From an uncultured Fibrobacteraceae bacterium (lineage in GTDB: Bacteria > Krumholzibacteriota > Krumholzibacteriia > LZORAL124-64-63), in NCBI GenBank assembly GCA_964617805.1, contig CAZTWK010000002.1, forward strand, positions 20,308 to 84,307: DNA of 64,000 bases, written 5' to 3'. Shown here in pieces: positions 26,938-37,944 of the stretch. Every line of letters begins with the position of its first letter. Position 1 is the first letter of the stretch. The position numbers and the translations under genes are program-made. The notes below the pieces were generated by a model. The model made no database searches. It was not told the origin of the DNA and saw only the letters and a program-made list of their open reading frames with translations.

Positions 26938-27480
26938 CTACTCTTCCACGCCTCGCACGAGCGCCGCCAGGACGCGGTCCGTGAGGTCCACGTCGGGGTC
27001 TATGTACACGGTGGTCAGGGCGGCGGTGTCGATGATGATGCCGAAACCCTCTTCCTTGCCGACGCGCTCTGCGATGAGCTTCACCTGATCGATGATGGGC
27101 TGGATCTTGTCCTTGTACTCGTTCTCGGCCTTGGTATCCAGACCCTCGCGGAAGGTGAAGTAGTCGCTCTTGAGATCCTCGAACTCCTGCATCTTGGTGG
27201 CCAGGGCGTCCTCGCCGAGCAGCATGCGCTGGCTCTCGATCTCCTCGGCCATGCGCTGCAGTTCCCGCTCGCGGTCGGCGATGTCCTGCTCGAGCTCCTG
27301 CAGGAACTCCTGGTACTGGGTCTGGGCGTCCTTGGCCGCGCCGTACTCCTGGACGATCCGCTCCGAATCTATGACGCCGAGGGGCTTGGCGTCGGCGGCG
27401 GCCGCCGCGGCCGGCATCAGCGCCAGCAGGGCCGCCAGGACCGTCGCCGAGACGGCCTGGATCTTCGGTAGTCTGTTCAT
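26938..27480 (-). CDS. skp: Skp/OmpH periplasmic chaperone
   Basis: Signal peptide, GVIDSERI, coiled coil, DLTDRVL; lies between bamA and lpxD. Confidence 0.88.
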   Translation of the reverse strand: MNRLPKIQAVSATVLAALLALMPAAAAAADAKPLGVIDSERIVQEYGAAKDAQTQYQEFLQELEQDIADRERELQRMAEEIESQRMLLGEDALATKMQEFEDLKSDYFTFREGLDTKAENEYKDKIQPIIDQVKLIAERVGKEEGFGIIIDTAALTTVYIDPDVDLTDRVLAALVRGVEE

Positions 27481-27528
27481 CGTTGACTCCTCGCAATGAG
27501 GCGCTGCCGCTGCGTGCGAGCGGCGCCG

Positions 27529-29841
27529 CTAGAAGAAGGTGCCGAAATTGAAATGCGGCTCCCAGCCGGGACCGCCGGCGCGATCGAAACCGTATCCGTA
27601 GTCGAATCCGATGGTCCCCATCATGGGCACTTCGACGCGTATGCCGAACCCGGCGCCCTTGCGCAGGTTCGTGAAGTCAGCTTCGCCGAAACTGTTCCAG
27701 GTATCGCCCTGGTCGACAAAACCTAGCAGTTGGACCGCCTGCGTCAAGGGATACAGGATCTCGGTACTCATGATGGTGTAGAAGCGGCCGCCGATGAAGC
27801 CCGGGTTGCCGCGGGGCACGACCTCCAGGTCGCGGTAGCCGCGCAGGGGGTAGATGCGGTTGCCGCCGAGACGGAACTTCTCGTAGTCGGGCACGCCGTC
27901 GGGATCGTCCAGGCCGTGGATCAGCCCCATGGCGGTCTTCATGTGCAGGGCGAAGCCGGCCGGCAGCTTCTGGAAGTACGAGTGCTTGAAGAGGTGCTTC
28001 TGGTACTCGATCTGGCCGCCGAAGGGACCGCCCGACAGCTCCACGCTGTAGCTCGAGCGCGAGCCGGCCGTCGGGAAGAAGGGGTTGTCGGTGGAGTTGC
28101 GCGAGAAGCTGAGCGTGACGGCGCTCTTGGTGCGCGGCCAGTCCACCTCGTCCAGGCGCTCGAACTCCATGTCCTCGACGCCCACCTGCTGCTCCAGGCT
28201 GTCCAGGTAGTCGATGTAGCCGAAGCTGAAGTTGGACAGGCGCGTCTCCGACAGCTCGTAGCGCAGCCCGACGCGGCTGTAGCGCGTGCCGGGGATGCGG
28301 CGGCCGAGGCGCAGGGCCAGGCCCTTGATCCGGCTCTCGTAGAAGTCGTCGAAGTTGTACTGGTAGCGGTCGAAGAGATCGGCGCCCACGAGCATGGGGT
28401 GGCCCATGAACCAGGGCTCGGTGAAGTTCAGGTCCACGTAGCGCTGGCGGCTGCCGAACTGCCAGGCGACGCCGATGTTCTGGCCCTTGCCGCGGAAGTT
28501 GGTCTCGGCGACCTGGATGAAGCCGGTGGCGGAGGTCTGGGCGCTGTAGGCCATGCCGAAGCTGAACTGGCCCGTCTGCTTCTCCTTGACCTTCATGACC
28601 AGGTCGATGTCGCCGGCGGTGTCGGCCGGGCGGAAGTCGACCTGCACGTCGTCGAAGTAGCCGAGCTGGAAGATGTCGCGCTGGGACAGGCCCACCAGGG
28701 AGTTGCTGAAGAGGTCGCCGGGGAAGACGTGCATCTCGCGCAGGATCACGCTGTCGTAGGTCTTCAGGTTCTCCACGATGGCCACGTCGCGCACGCGGGC
28801 CGGTTCGCCCTCCTGGAAGCGGAAGGTCACGCCCACGGTTTCCTCGCGGATGTCCCGCTCGGGCTCGATGGTGATGTAGATGTAGCCGCTGTCCCAGTAG
28901 AGCGAGTGCAGGGCCTGCATGGTCTCCTGGTAGTCGCCCTCGCGGAAGATGTCGCCCTTCTCCAGCAGGATCAGGCGCGCCACGTCGATGTCGTCGTAGA
29001 CCGTGTTGCCTTCCCAGTTGATGGTGCCCACGGTGTAGAGCGGCCCCTCCTCCACGTGGATCAGCAGGTCCAGCCGCTCGTTGTTCTCCACGAAGGTCAT
29101 GTCCACGTCGGTGACCGCGGCGTCCAGGTAGCCGTGGTCCTTGTAGTGGATGACGAGGCGCTGCTTGTCCTCCTCGAACTGCTGCTTCTTGAAGGTGGCG
29201 CTCTTGAGGAAGCCGCCGGTGCTCTGCTTCATCTCGTCGCGCAGCTCTTCGTCGCTGAAGACCGTGTTGCCCGCGAAGGCGATGGTGCGGGCCTTCACCT
29301 TGCTGCCCTCGTCGACGGTGACGACAAGGTGCTGGAGGTTGCTGGCGTCCACCACGGAGGAGTCGAGATGGGCCGACATGTTGTAGTAGCCCTTCTCCTG
29401 GTACAGCTCGCGCAGGGGCGCCAGCTCGCGCACCATCACGGCCGGGTTGGCGAACTGGCCCACGTCGGGGCCGAAGGCCTCGGCCAGGTCGTCCGCCTTG
29501 ACCTTGTCGTTGCCCTGGAAGCTGATCTGCCTGATGCGGGGGAATTCGCGCAGGTTGAAGATGACGCGCACGCCGCCGGGCTCGTCCTGCCGGTAGACGA
29601 AGACGTCGGCGAACTTGCCCGTGTCGAAGAGGTTGCGTATGGCGGCGGCCACGGCCTCGCCCGAGAAGACGTCGCCCTCGCTCAGGCCGGACCAGGCCTT
29701 GACCTGGCGGGCGCCCACGGTGCGGGCGCCGACGACGTCGACGGCGGTGACGGTCTGCTCGACCGTCTGGGCGCAGAGTGACCCGGCCATGACAAGCAGC
29801 AGGAGCCACGGCATCGCACGCTGGAAGCTCTTTGGTATCAT
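27529..29841 (-). CDS. bamA: Outer membrane protein assembly factor BamA
   Basis: POTRA repeats, LGYFDDV, ETNFRGKGQ, LRGY (VRGF-like), VPMMGTIGFDYGYG, C-terminal FNFGTFF; start taken as MIPKSF. Confidence 0.93.
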   Translation of the reverse strand: MIPKSFQRAMPWLLLLVMAGSLCAQTVEQTVTAVDVVGARTVGARQVKAWSGLSEGDVFSGEAVAAAIRNLFDTGKFADVFVYRQDEPGGVRVIFNLREFPRIRQISFQGNDKVKADDLAEAFGPDVGQFANPAVMVRELAPLRELYQEKGYYNMSAHLDSSVVDASNLQHLVVTVDEGSKVKARTIAFAGNTVFSDEELRDEMKQSTGGFLKSATFKKQQFEEDKQRLVIHYKDHGYLDAAVTDVDMTFVENNERLDLLIHVEEGPLYTVGTINWEGNTVYDDIDVARLILLEKGDIFREGDYQETMQALHSLYWDSGYIYITIEPERDIREETVGVTFRFQEGEPARVRDVAIVENLKTYDSVILREMHVFPGDLFSNSLVGLSQRDIFQLGYFDDVQVDFRPADTAGDIDLVMKVKEKQTGQFSFGMAYSAQTSATGFIQVAETNFRGKGQNIGVAWQFGSRQRYVDLNFTEPWFMGHPMLVGADLFDRYQYNFDDFYESRIKGLALRLGRRIPGTRYSRVGLRYELSETRLSNFSFGYIDYLDSLEQQVGVEDMEFERLDEVDWPRTKSAVTLSFSRNSTDNPFFPTAGSRSSYSVELSGGPFGGQIEYQKHLFKHSYFQKLPAGFALHMKTAMGLIHGLDDPDGVPDYEKFRLGGNRIYPLRGYRDLEVVPRGNPGFIGGRFYTIMSTEILYPLTQAVQLLGFVDQGDTWNSFGEADFTNLRKGAGFGIRVEVPMMGTIGFDYGYGFDRAGGPGWEPHFNFGTFF

Positions 29842-29905
29842 TCCGTCTTTCCGGTTCCTCTGGCGACGGCTGGCGGGTCCCGCGGGGGCCCGTTCGAGCC
29901 GGGGC

Positions 29906-29934
29906 ATGGTAACAAAGGGTCCTGCGCCTGGCAA
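29906..29934 (-). promoter_or_regulatory. Sigma70 promoter of the bamA-lipid A operon
   Basis: TTGCCA-N17-TACCAT with extended -10 TGn. Confidence 0.6.
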
Positions 29935-30026
29935 CTCCGTGACGCGCGGCCCTTGTACGCGGACGGTTAACCGGGGGTTCCCGGCCGGAAGTGGATAACG
30001 ATGCTGTAAATAGCGGGGGAATGCAA

Positions 30027-30052
30027 GGACGGGACGCCGTGGCGTCCCGTCC
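30027..30052 (-). terminator. Terminator after clpC
   Basis: GGACGGGACGC-CGTG-GCGTCCCGTCC perfect 11-bp stem, followed by TTGCATT on the minus strand. Confidence 0.7.
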
Positions 30053-30076
30053 GGTGAATCGTCGTTCAGGCCAGGC

Positions 30077-32563
<2,487 letters not shown>

Positions 32564-32724
32564 GCTGTCGCGCCTCCATTCGCCTTGTCGGTCGGCAGTC
32601 CGCGGCGGGGGCCGTAAGGCTGCCGATAATATACGGCACGCCCGCGGCAACGACCACCGGCCGGGCGGCATCATACCATAGTATCGTTCAACTGGGCAGC
32701 AACTTGAGGAATCCTGCGCTCCGC

Positions 32725-33414
32725 TCAGCCGTCGGGGGTTTCGGGCACGAGACGGCCGTTTTCGAGGCGCAGGCAGCGATGGGCGCGCCCGGCGAGGGCG
32801 TGGGAGTGGGTCACGACGATCAGGGCGCTGCCGAACTCGGCGGCGAGTTCGAAGAGGGTGTCCGCCAGTTCGGTGCCCAGGCGGCGGTCCAGGTTGCCGG
32901 TGGGTTCGTCCGCCATGACCACCGCCGGCTCGTTCATGAAGGCCCGCGCCACGGCCACCCGCTGCTCCTCGCCGCCGGAGAGTTCCCCCGGCAGGTGCTC
33001 CAGCCGGTCGGCCAGGCCCATGCGGCCCAGCAGGTCGCGCGCCCGGGCCTCGGTCGCGGCTCCCAGGCGTCCCGCCATGCGCACCGGCAGCAGCACGTTC
33101 TCCAGGGCCGTGAAGTCCGGCAGCAGGAAGTGGAACTGGAAGACGAAGCCCACGTGCTCGCGGCGCCAGTCGCTCCAGACGCCCGGCTTGGCGCCGCTCA
33201 GCAGGCGGCCGCGGTACGCGATCTCGCCCGCGGTGGCCTCGTCCAGGCCGCTGAGCAGGTTGAGCAGGGTGCTCTTGCCGGCCCCGCTGGCGCCCATGAC
33301 GGCGACGCTCTCCCCGTCCGCCAGCTCGAAGTCGCAGTCGTGCAGGACCGCCAGGTCTCCCCCCGCGCGGGGGAACACCTTGCCCAGTCCTCGACACGAC
33401 AGCAGCTTCGACAC
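32725..33414 (-). CDS. lolD: Lipoprotein-releasing ABC transporter ATPase
   Basis: GASGAGKST, FVFQFHFLLPDFTALENV, LSGGEEQRVAVARA, ADEPTGNLD. Confidence 0.9.
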   Translation of the reverse strand: MSKLLSCRGLGKVFPRAGGDLAVLHDCDFELADGESVAVMGASGAGKSTLLNLLSGLDEATAGEIAYRGRLLSGAKPGVWSDWRREHVGFVFQFHFLLPDFTALENVLLPVRMAGRLGAATEARARDLLGRMGLADRLEHLPGELSGGEEQRVAVARAFMNEPAVVMADEPTGNLDRRLGTELADTLFELAAEFGSALIVVTHSHALAGRAHRCLRLENGRLVPETPDG

Positions 33415-33425
33415 GGCGGCTCCGA

Positions 33426-34676
33426 TCAGGTGTAGCGGATGATGTCCATGGGCCGCAGCCGGGCGGCCTCGGCGCTCGGCAGCAGCGTGGCCAGCAGGGT
33501 GATGCCCATGGCCACCGCGCCCACCAGCAGGAAGTCCGTGGCGTGGGCCACCACCGGCACGCGGTCCACGAAGTAGACGTCGCCCGGCACCGAGATGCCC
33601 ACGCGGTCCAGGTACAGGAAGCCCAGGTAGCCCAGCAGGCTCCCGAGCAGGGTGCCGACGGCGCCCACGCAGAGGCCGTCCAGCACGAAGATGCCCTCTA
33701 TCTGACGACGGCGCGCGCCCATCGAGAGCATGATGCCGATCTCGCGCCGGCGCTCGCCCACCATCATGGTCAGGATGCCCACGATGTTGAAGGCGGCCAC
33801 CAGGATCACCAGCCCCAGCAGCAGGAACATCAGCACCTTCTCGACGCTCACCCACTGGAAGAGATTGCGGTTGAGGTCGATCCAGTCGTTGCAGTGGTAG
33901 GCGTAGCGGCCCAGGGCGGTCTCGATGTCGTCGGCCACCTGCGGCGCGCGCATCATGTCGTCCACCGCCACGCCGATGCCGGTGGCGCCCTGCGGGCCGT
34001 AGCCGAAGAAGTCGCGGGATTCGTCCAGGGCCATGTACACGAAGCGGGCGTCGAAGTCGTAGAGGCCCGTGTCAAGGAAGCCGTCCACCACGAAGCGGCG
34101 GCTCTCGGCCTCCAGGTCCTGCAGGTCGAGGTCGCCGCTCGGCGCGGTGACGGTCACCGTGTCGCCCAGGCCGGCGTAGAGCGAGGCGGCCAGTTCGGCC
34201 CCGAGCACGAGGCCCGGGAAGTCGCCCTCGCCGCGCAGCCCCCGCAGGGCGCCCTCGCGCGGGAAGATCAGGTGCGACAGCGGGGTGACCGATTCCTGCA
34301 GATCGGGATCCACGCCCCAGACCACGCCGGCCCGGTGCTGGGTCGGCACGGCGCGTCCGCGCGAGGTGACCACCACCTCCTGGCGCACGAAGGGCGCCAC
34401 GCCGATCACCTCGGGCACCTCCCCGATGCGGTCGACGGTGGCGCCGAGGTCGGTGAAGCCCGCCGGCTTGCTGGTCACCACGGTGACCATGGGCATGTTC
34501 TCGATGAAGGTGCGGCGCAGTTCCTCGTGCAGCCCGTTCATGATGGCCAGGGTGAGGTCCAGCACCATCACGCCGAGGGTGATGCCCGCCACGGCGGTCA
34601 CGGTCACCCGGTTGACCAGGCGCGAACCGCCCCGGTTGCGCAGATAGCGTCCGGCGATATAGGCCGCGAAGCGCAT
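33426..34676 (-). CDS. lolC: Lipoprotein-releasing ABC transporter permease (LolC/E type)
   Basis: GITLGV..L..TLAIMNG, NRNLF.W...EK..MFLLL.L.ILVAAFNI, VPGDVYFVD. Confidence 0.88.
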   Translation of the reverse strand: MRFAAYIAGRYLRNRGGSRLVNRVTVTAVAGITLGVMVLDLTLAIMNGLHEELRRTFIENMPMVTVVTSKPAGFTDLGATVDRIGEVPEVIGVAPFVRQEVVVTSRGRAVPTQHRAGVVWGVDPDLQESVTPLSHLIFPREGALRGLRGEGDFPGLVLGAELAASLYAGLGDTVTVTAPSGDLDLQDLEAESRRFVVDGFLDTGLYDFDARFVYMALDESRDFFGYGPQGATGIGVAVDDMMRAPQVADDIETALGRYAYHCNDWIDLNRNLFQWVSVEKVLMFLLLGLVILVAAFNIVGILTMMVGERRREIGIMLSMGARRRQIEGIFVLDGLCVGAVGTLLGSLLGYLGFLYLDRVGISVPGDVYFVDRVPVVAHATDFLLVGAVAMGITLLATLLPSAEAARLRPMDIIRYT

Positions 34677-34713
34677 GTGTCGCCTCCGACGGTCCCGGGG
34701 GACCGTCCCTCGC

Positions 34714-36192
34714 TCAGCTCTCGGGACGCAGGGCCGGGAACAGCACCACGTCGCGGATGGAATGGCAGTCGGTCAGCAGCATGACGATGCGGTCCAGCCC
34801 CACGCCGAGGCCGCCGGTGGGCGGCATGCCGGTCTCCAGGGCTTCCAGGTAGTCCTCGTCCAGCACCTGGGCCTCCTCGTCGCCCTTGGCCTTCAGGTCC
34901 ATCTGCTCCTCGAAGCGCGCCCGCTGGTCGCGCGGGTCGTTGAGCTCCGAGAAGGCGTTGCAGATCTCGAAGCCGGCCACGAAGGCCTCGAAGCGCTCCA
35001 CCAGCTCGGGGTCGTCGCGGTGGCGCTTGGCCAGGGGCGAGAGCGCCAGCGGGTGATCGACCACGAAGGTGGGCTGGATCAGCTCAGGTTCCACCAGGGC
35101 GCTGAAGAGCTCGTCGAGGATCTTGTCGACGCCCATGGCCGGCTTGACCTCGACCTCGTGCTCGGCCGCCACCGCGGCCACGGCGTCGCGGTCGAGACCG
35201 CGGAAATCCACGCCGGTCTTCTCGCGTAGGCCGTCGAGGAAGGGCAGCCGCCGGAAGCCGCCGGAGAAGTCGACGACGTGGTCGCCGTAGGTGATCTTGC
35301 CGTCCTCGCCGAAGCGGTCGACCAGCCTGAGGACCATGCGCTCGAAGAGGTCCATGACCTGGGTGTAGTCCCAGTAGGCCGCGTAGCACTCCATCATGGT
35401 GAACTCGGGGTTGTGGGTGCGGTCCATGCCCTCGTTGCGGAAGTCCTTGCAGAACTCGAAGACCTTCTCGAAGCCGCCCACGATCAGGCGCTTGAGGTAG
35501 AGCTCGTCGGCGATGCGCAGGTAGAGGGTCTGGTCCAGGGCGTGATGGTGGGTCTTGAAGGGGCGGGCCGTGGCGCCGCCGTAGAGGGGCTGCAGGACGG
35601 GCGTCTCCACCTCCAGGAAGTCCTCGGCCTCCAGGAAGCCGCGCACCTCGGCCAGGATCGCCGAGCGGCGCCGGAAGCGCTCGCGCGACTCCAGGTTCAT
35701 GATCAGGTCCAGGTAGCGCTTGCGGCTCTTGAGCTCCAGGCTCATGTCGTGGAACTTCTCGGGCAGCGGGCGCAGGGCCTTCGCCAGCAGCTGCCAGGCG
35801 GCCACCTGCACGGTCAGCTCGCCGGTCTTGGTGCGGAAGAGCGTGCCCTCGACGCCGATGATGTCGCCCACGTCGAGATTCTTCTTGAAGAGCGCGAAGT
35901 CCTCCTCGCCGAGGTCGTCGCGGCGGGCGTAGATCTGGATCTTGCCCGGCCCGTCGTAGAGCGGCAGGAAGATGGTCTTGCCGGCCTTGCGCTTGGCCAT
36001 GATGCGCCCGGCGATGCGCACGACCGTCTGCGCGTCGACCAGGGCCGTCTCCTGGGCGTGCAGATCGGCGCTGGTGTGGGTGCGATCGTAGGCGTGGGGA
36101 TAGAGGGGCCCGCGGGCGGCCAGGGCCTCCAGCTTGCCGAGGCGTTCCTCCACCAGGCGGTGTCGCTGTCGCTCGTTCTCGTTCCCGGACAC
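34714..36192 (-). CDS. lysS: Lysine--tRNA ligase (class II)
   Basis: YLRIADELYLKRLIVGG, FRNEG.DRTHNPEF, GMPPTGGLGVGLDR. Confidence 0.96.
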   Translation of the reverse strand: MSGNENERQRHRLVEERLGKLEALAARGPLYPHAYDRTHTSADLHAQETALVDAQTVVRIAGRIMAKRKAGKTIFLPLYDGPGKIQIYARRDDLGEEDFALFKKNLDVGDIIGVEGTLFRTKTGELTVQVAAWQLLAKALRPLPEKFHDMSLELKSRKRYLDLIMNLESRERFRRRSAILAEVRGFLEAEDFLEVETPVLQPLYGGATARPFKTHHHALDQTLYLRIADELYLKRLIVGGFEKVFEFCKDFRNEGMDRTHNPEFTMMECYAAYWDYTQVMDLFERMVLRLVDRFGEDGKITYGDHVVDFSGGFRRLPFLDGLREKTGVDFRGLDRDAVAAVAAEHEVEVKPAMGVDKILDELFSALVEPELIQPTFVVDHPLALSPLAKRHRDDPELVERFEAFVAGFEICNAFSELNDPRDQRARFEEQMDLKAKGDEEAQVLDEDYLEALETGMPPTGGLGVGLDRIVMLLTDCHSIRDVVLFPALRPES

Positions 36193-36202
36193 GGGGTCTC
36201 CT

Positions 36203-37310
36203 TTAGTCGGCCGCCGCCTGGCTCGTCTGGCGCAGGTAGGCCTCGATGAAGGCCTCCAGGTCGCCGTCCAGCACGGCGGTGCTGTTGCCCGTCTCGTGCT
36301 CGGTGCGGTGGTCCTTGACCTTGGTGTAGGGGTGCAGCACGTAGGAGCGGATCTGGCTGCCCCAGGCGATCTCCATCTTGCTGTCCTCGATCTCCTGCCG
36401 CTTCTTGCGCTCCTCCTCCAGGACCTGCATGTAGAGCTTGGCGCGGAGCATCTTCATGGCGCTCTCGCGGTTGCGCAGCTGGGAGCGCTCGCTCTGGCAC
36501 TGGACCACGATGCCCGTGGGCTCGTGGGTCAGCCGCACCGCGCTGTCGGTCTTGTTGACGTGCTGGCCGCCGGCGCCGCTGGCGCGGTAGGTGTCCATGC
36601 GGATGTCGGCCTCGTTGATCTCCAACTCCACGTCGTCGTCCACCAGGGGGAAAACGAAGACCGAGGCGAAGGAGGTGTGCCGCCGCTTCTGGGCATCGAA
36701 GGGCGAGATGCGCACCAGCCGGTGCACGCCCGACTCGCTTTTGAGATAGCCGTAGGCGAAGTCGTGCTTCACCTCGATGACGGCGCTCTTGATGCCGGCC
36801 TCGTCGCCGCCCTGCAGGTCCAGCACGCTGTGGGTCATGGTGTTGCGTTCGAGGTAGCGCTTGTACATGCGCAGCAGCATCTCGGCCCAGTCCTGGGATT
36901 CGGTGCCGCCGGCCCCGGGGTGGATCTCCAGCAGGGCGCCGCGCGCGTCGTCGGCGCCGCTGAGCATGAACTGGGATTCGAGCCGGTCGAGGGCGTGCGC
37001 GAGCTCGGTCACGCCGGTCGCCACCTCCTCCGCGGTCTCGGGATCGTCCTCTTCGCCGGCGAGCTCGGCGAGCACGTCGAGGTCCTCGCAGCTCTGGTCG
37101 GCCGCGGCGACGGGGTCCAGCCAGCGCTTGAGGCGGCGGATGCGCCCGTGCACGGCCTCGGCCGCCTCGCGGTCGTCCCAGAAGCCGGGCTCGGTCTGGC
37201 GCTCGACGAGCTGCTGGTGTTCGGCGTTCAGTACAGGGAGGTCAAAGACCCTCCTTGAGGCGGGTCAGTCGCGCCTTCTGCTCGGCGAGGGCTTCGAGAT
37301 GCTCCTTCAT
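36203..37310 (-). CDS. prfB: Peptide chain release factor 2 with programmed +1 frameshift
   Basis: ATG 37310, 22 codons, then AAGGAGG-GT-CTT-TGA-C; the +1 frame continues [18 protein letters not shown]; SPF and GGQHVN motifs. Confidence 0.96.
37241..37256 (-). promoter_or_regulatory. RF2 +1 frameshift site (internal SD plus CTT-TGA-C)
   Basis: Minus strand reads AAGGAGGGTCTTTGAC. Confidence 0.93.
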
Positions 37311-37311
37311 A

Positions 37312-37944
37312 TCATCCTCCCGGGGAATCCCCGTTGGCATGTCTGTCGTGCAGGGCCGCGACGGCGCGTTTCAGATCCTCGGCGGTGCCGGCGTTGTCGA
37401 GGACCACGTCGGCCCGCGCGAAGTCCGCCAGCATGTCCGCCTGGGCCTCGATGCGGGCCCGGGCCTCTTCCGGTTCCAGGCGGCCCGAGCGGGCCAGGCG
37501 CGCCGCCCGCTGTTCGGCCGGCGCGGTGACCGCGATCACCAGGTCCACCGGCCCGAAGGACGGTAGCAGAAAGTACACGGCGGCCTCGACGACTGCAAGG
37601 CCGGGCTGGTCGGCCGCCCGCTCCAGGGCGTCCAGCCGCTCGGCCAGCCGCGCGCTCAGCCGGGGGTGGGTGATGCGGTTCAGGCGCTCCAGGGCCCCGG
37701 GATCCGCAAAGACGATCTCGGCCAGGACCGGCCGCAGCACACCGCCGTCGGCCACGCAGCCGGCCCCGAAGGCCGCGGCGATCTCCGCCACGACTTCCGG
37801 ATCGCGCAGCAACGCGTGGCCCTCGGCGTCGGCGTCCACGACACCGGCGCCGAGTTCCGCGAGGGAGGCGGTCACCAGGCTCTTGCCGGCGCCGACCGGG
37901 CCGGTCACGACCCACCTGCGCAAGCGGCGTTCGCGCTCAGTCAT
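37312..37944 (-). CDS. coaE: Dephospho-CoA kinase
   Basis: VTGPVGAGKS, DAD..GH, LNRITHP, EAAV, RIEAQ. Confidence 0.92.
   Translation of the reverse strand: MTERERRLRRWVVTGPVGAGKSLVTASLAELGAGVVDADAEGHALLRDPEVVAEIAAAFGAGCVADGGVLRPVLAEIVFADPGALERLNRITHPRLSARLAERLDALERAADQPGLAVVEAAVYFLLPSFGPVDLVIAVTAPAEQRAARLARSGRLEPEEARARIEAQADMLADFARADVVLDNAGTAEDLKRAVAALHDRHANGDSPGG

Noticed and set aside
29990-29998. DnaA-box-like TTATCCACT (minus strand)
   Set aside because: Single copy with one mismatch; no box cluster, AT-rich unwinding element or dnaA nearby, so not an origin.
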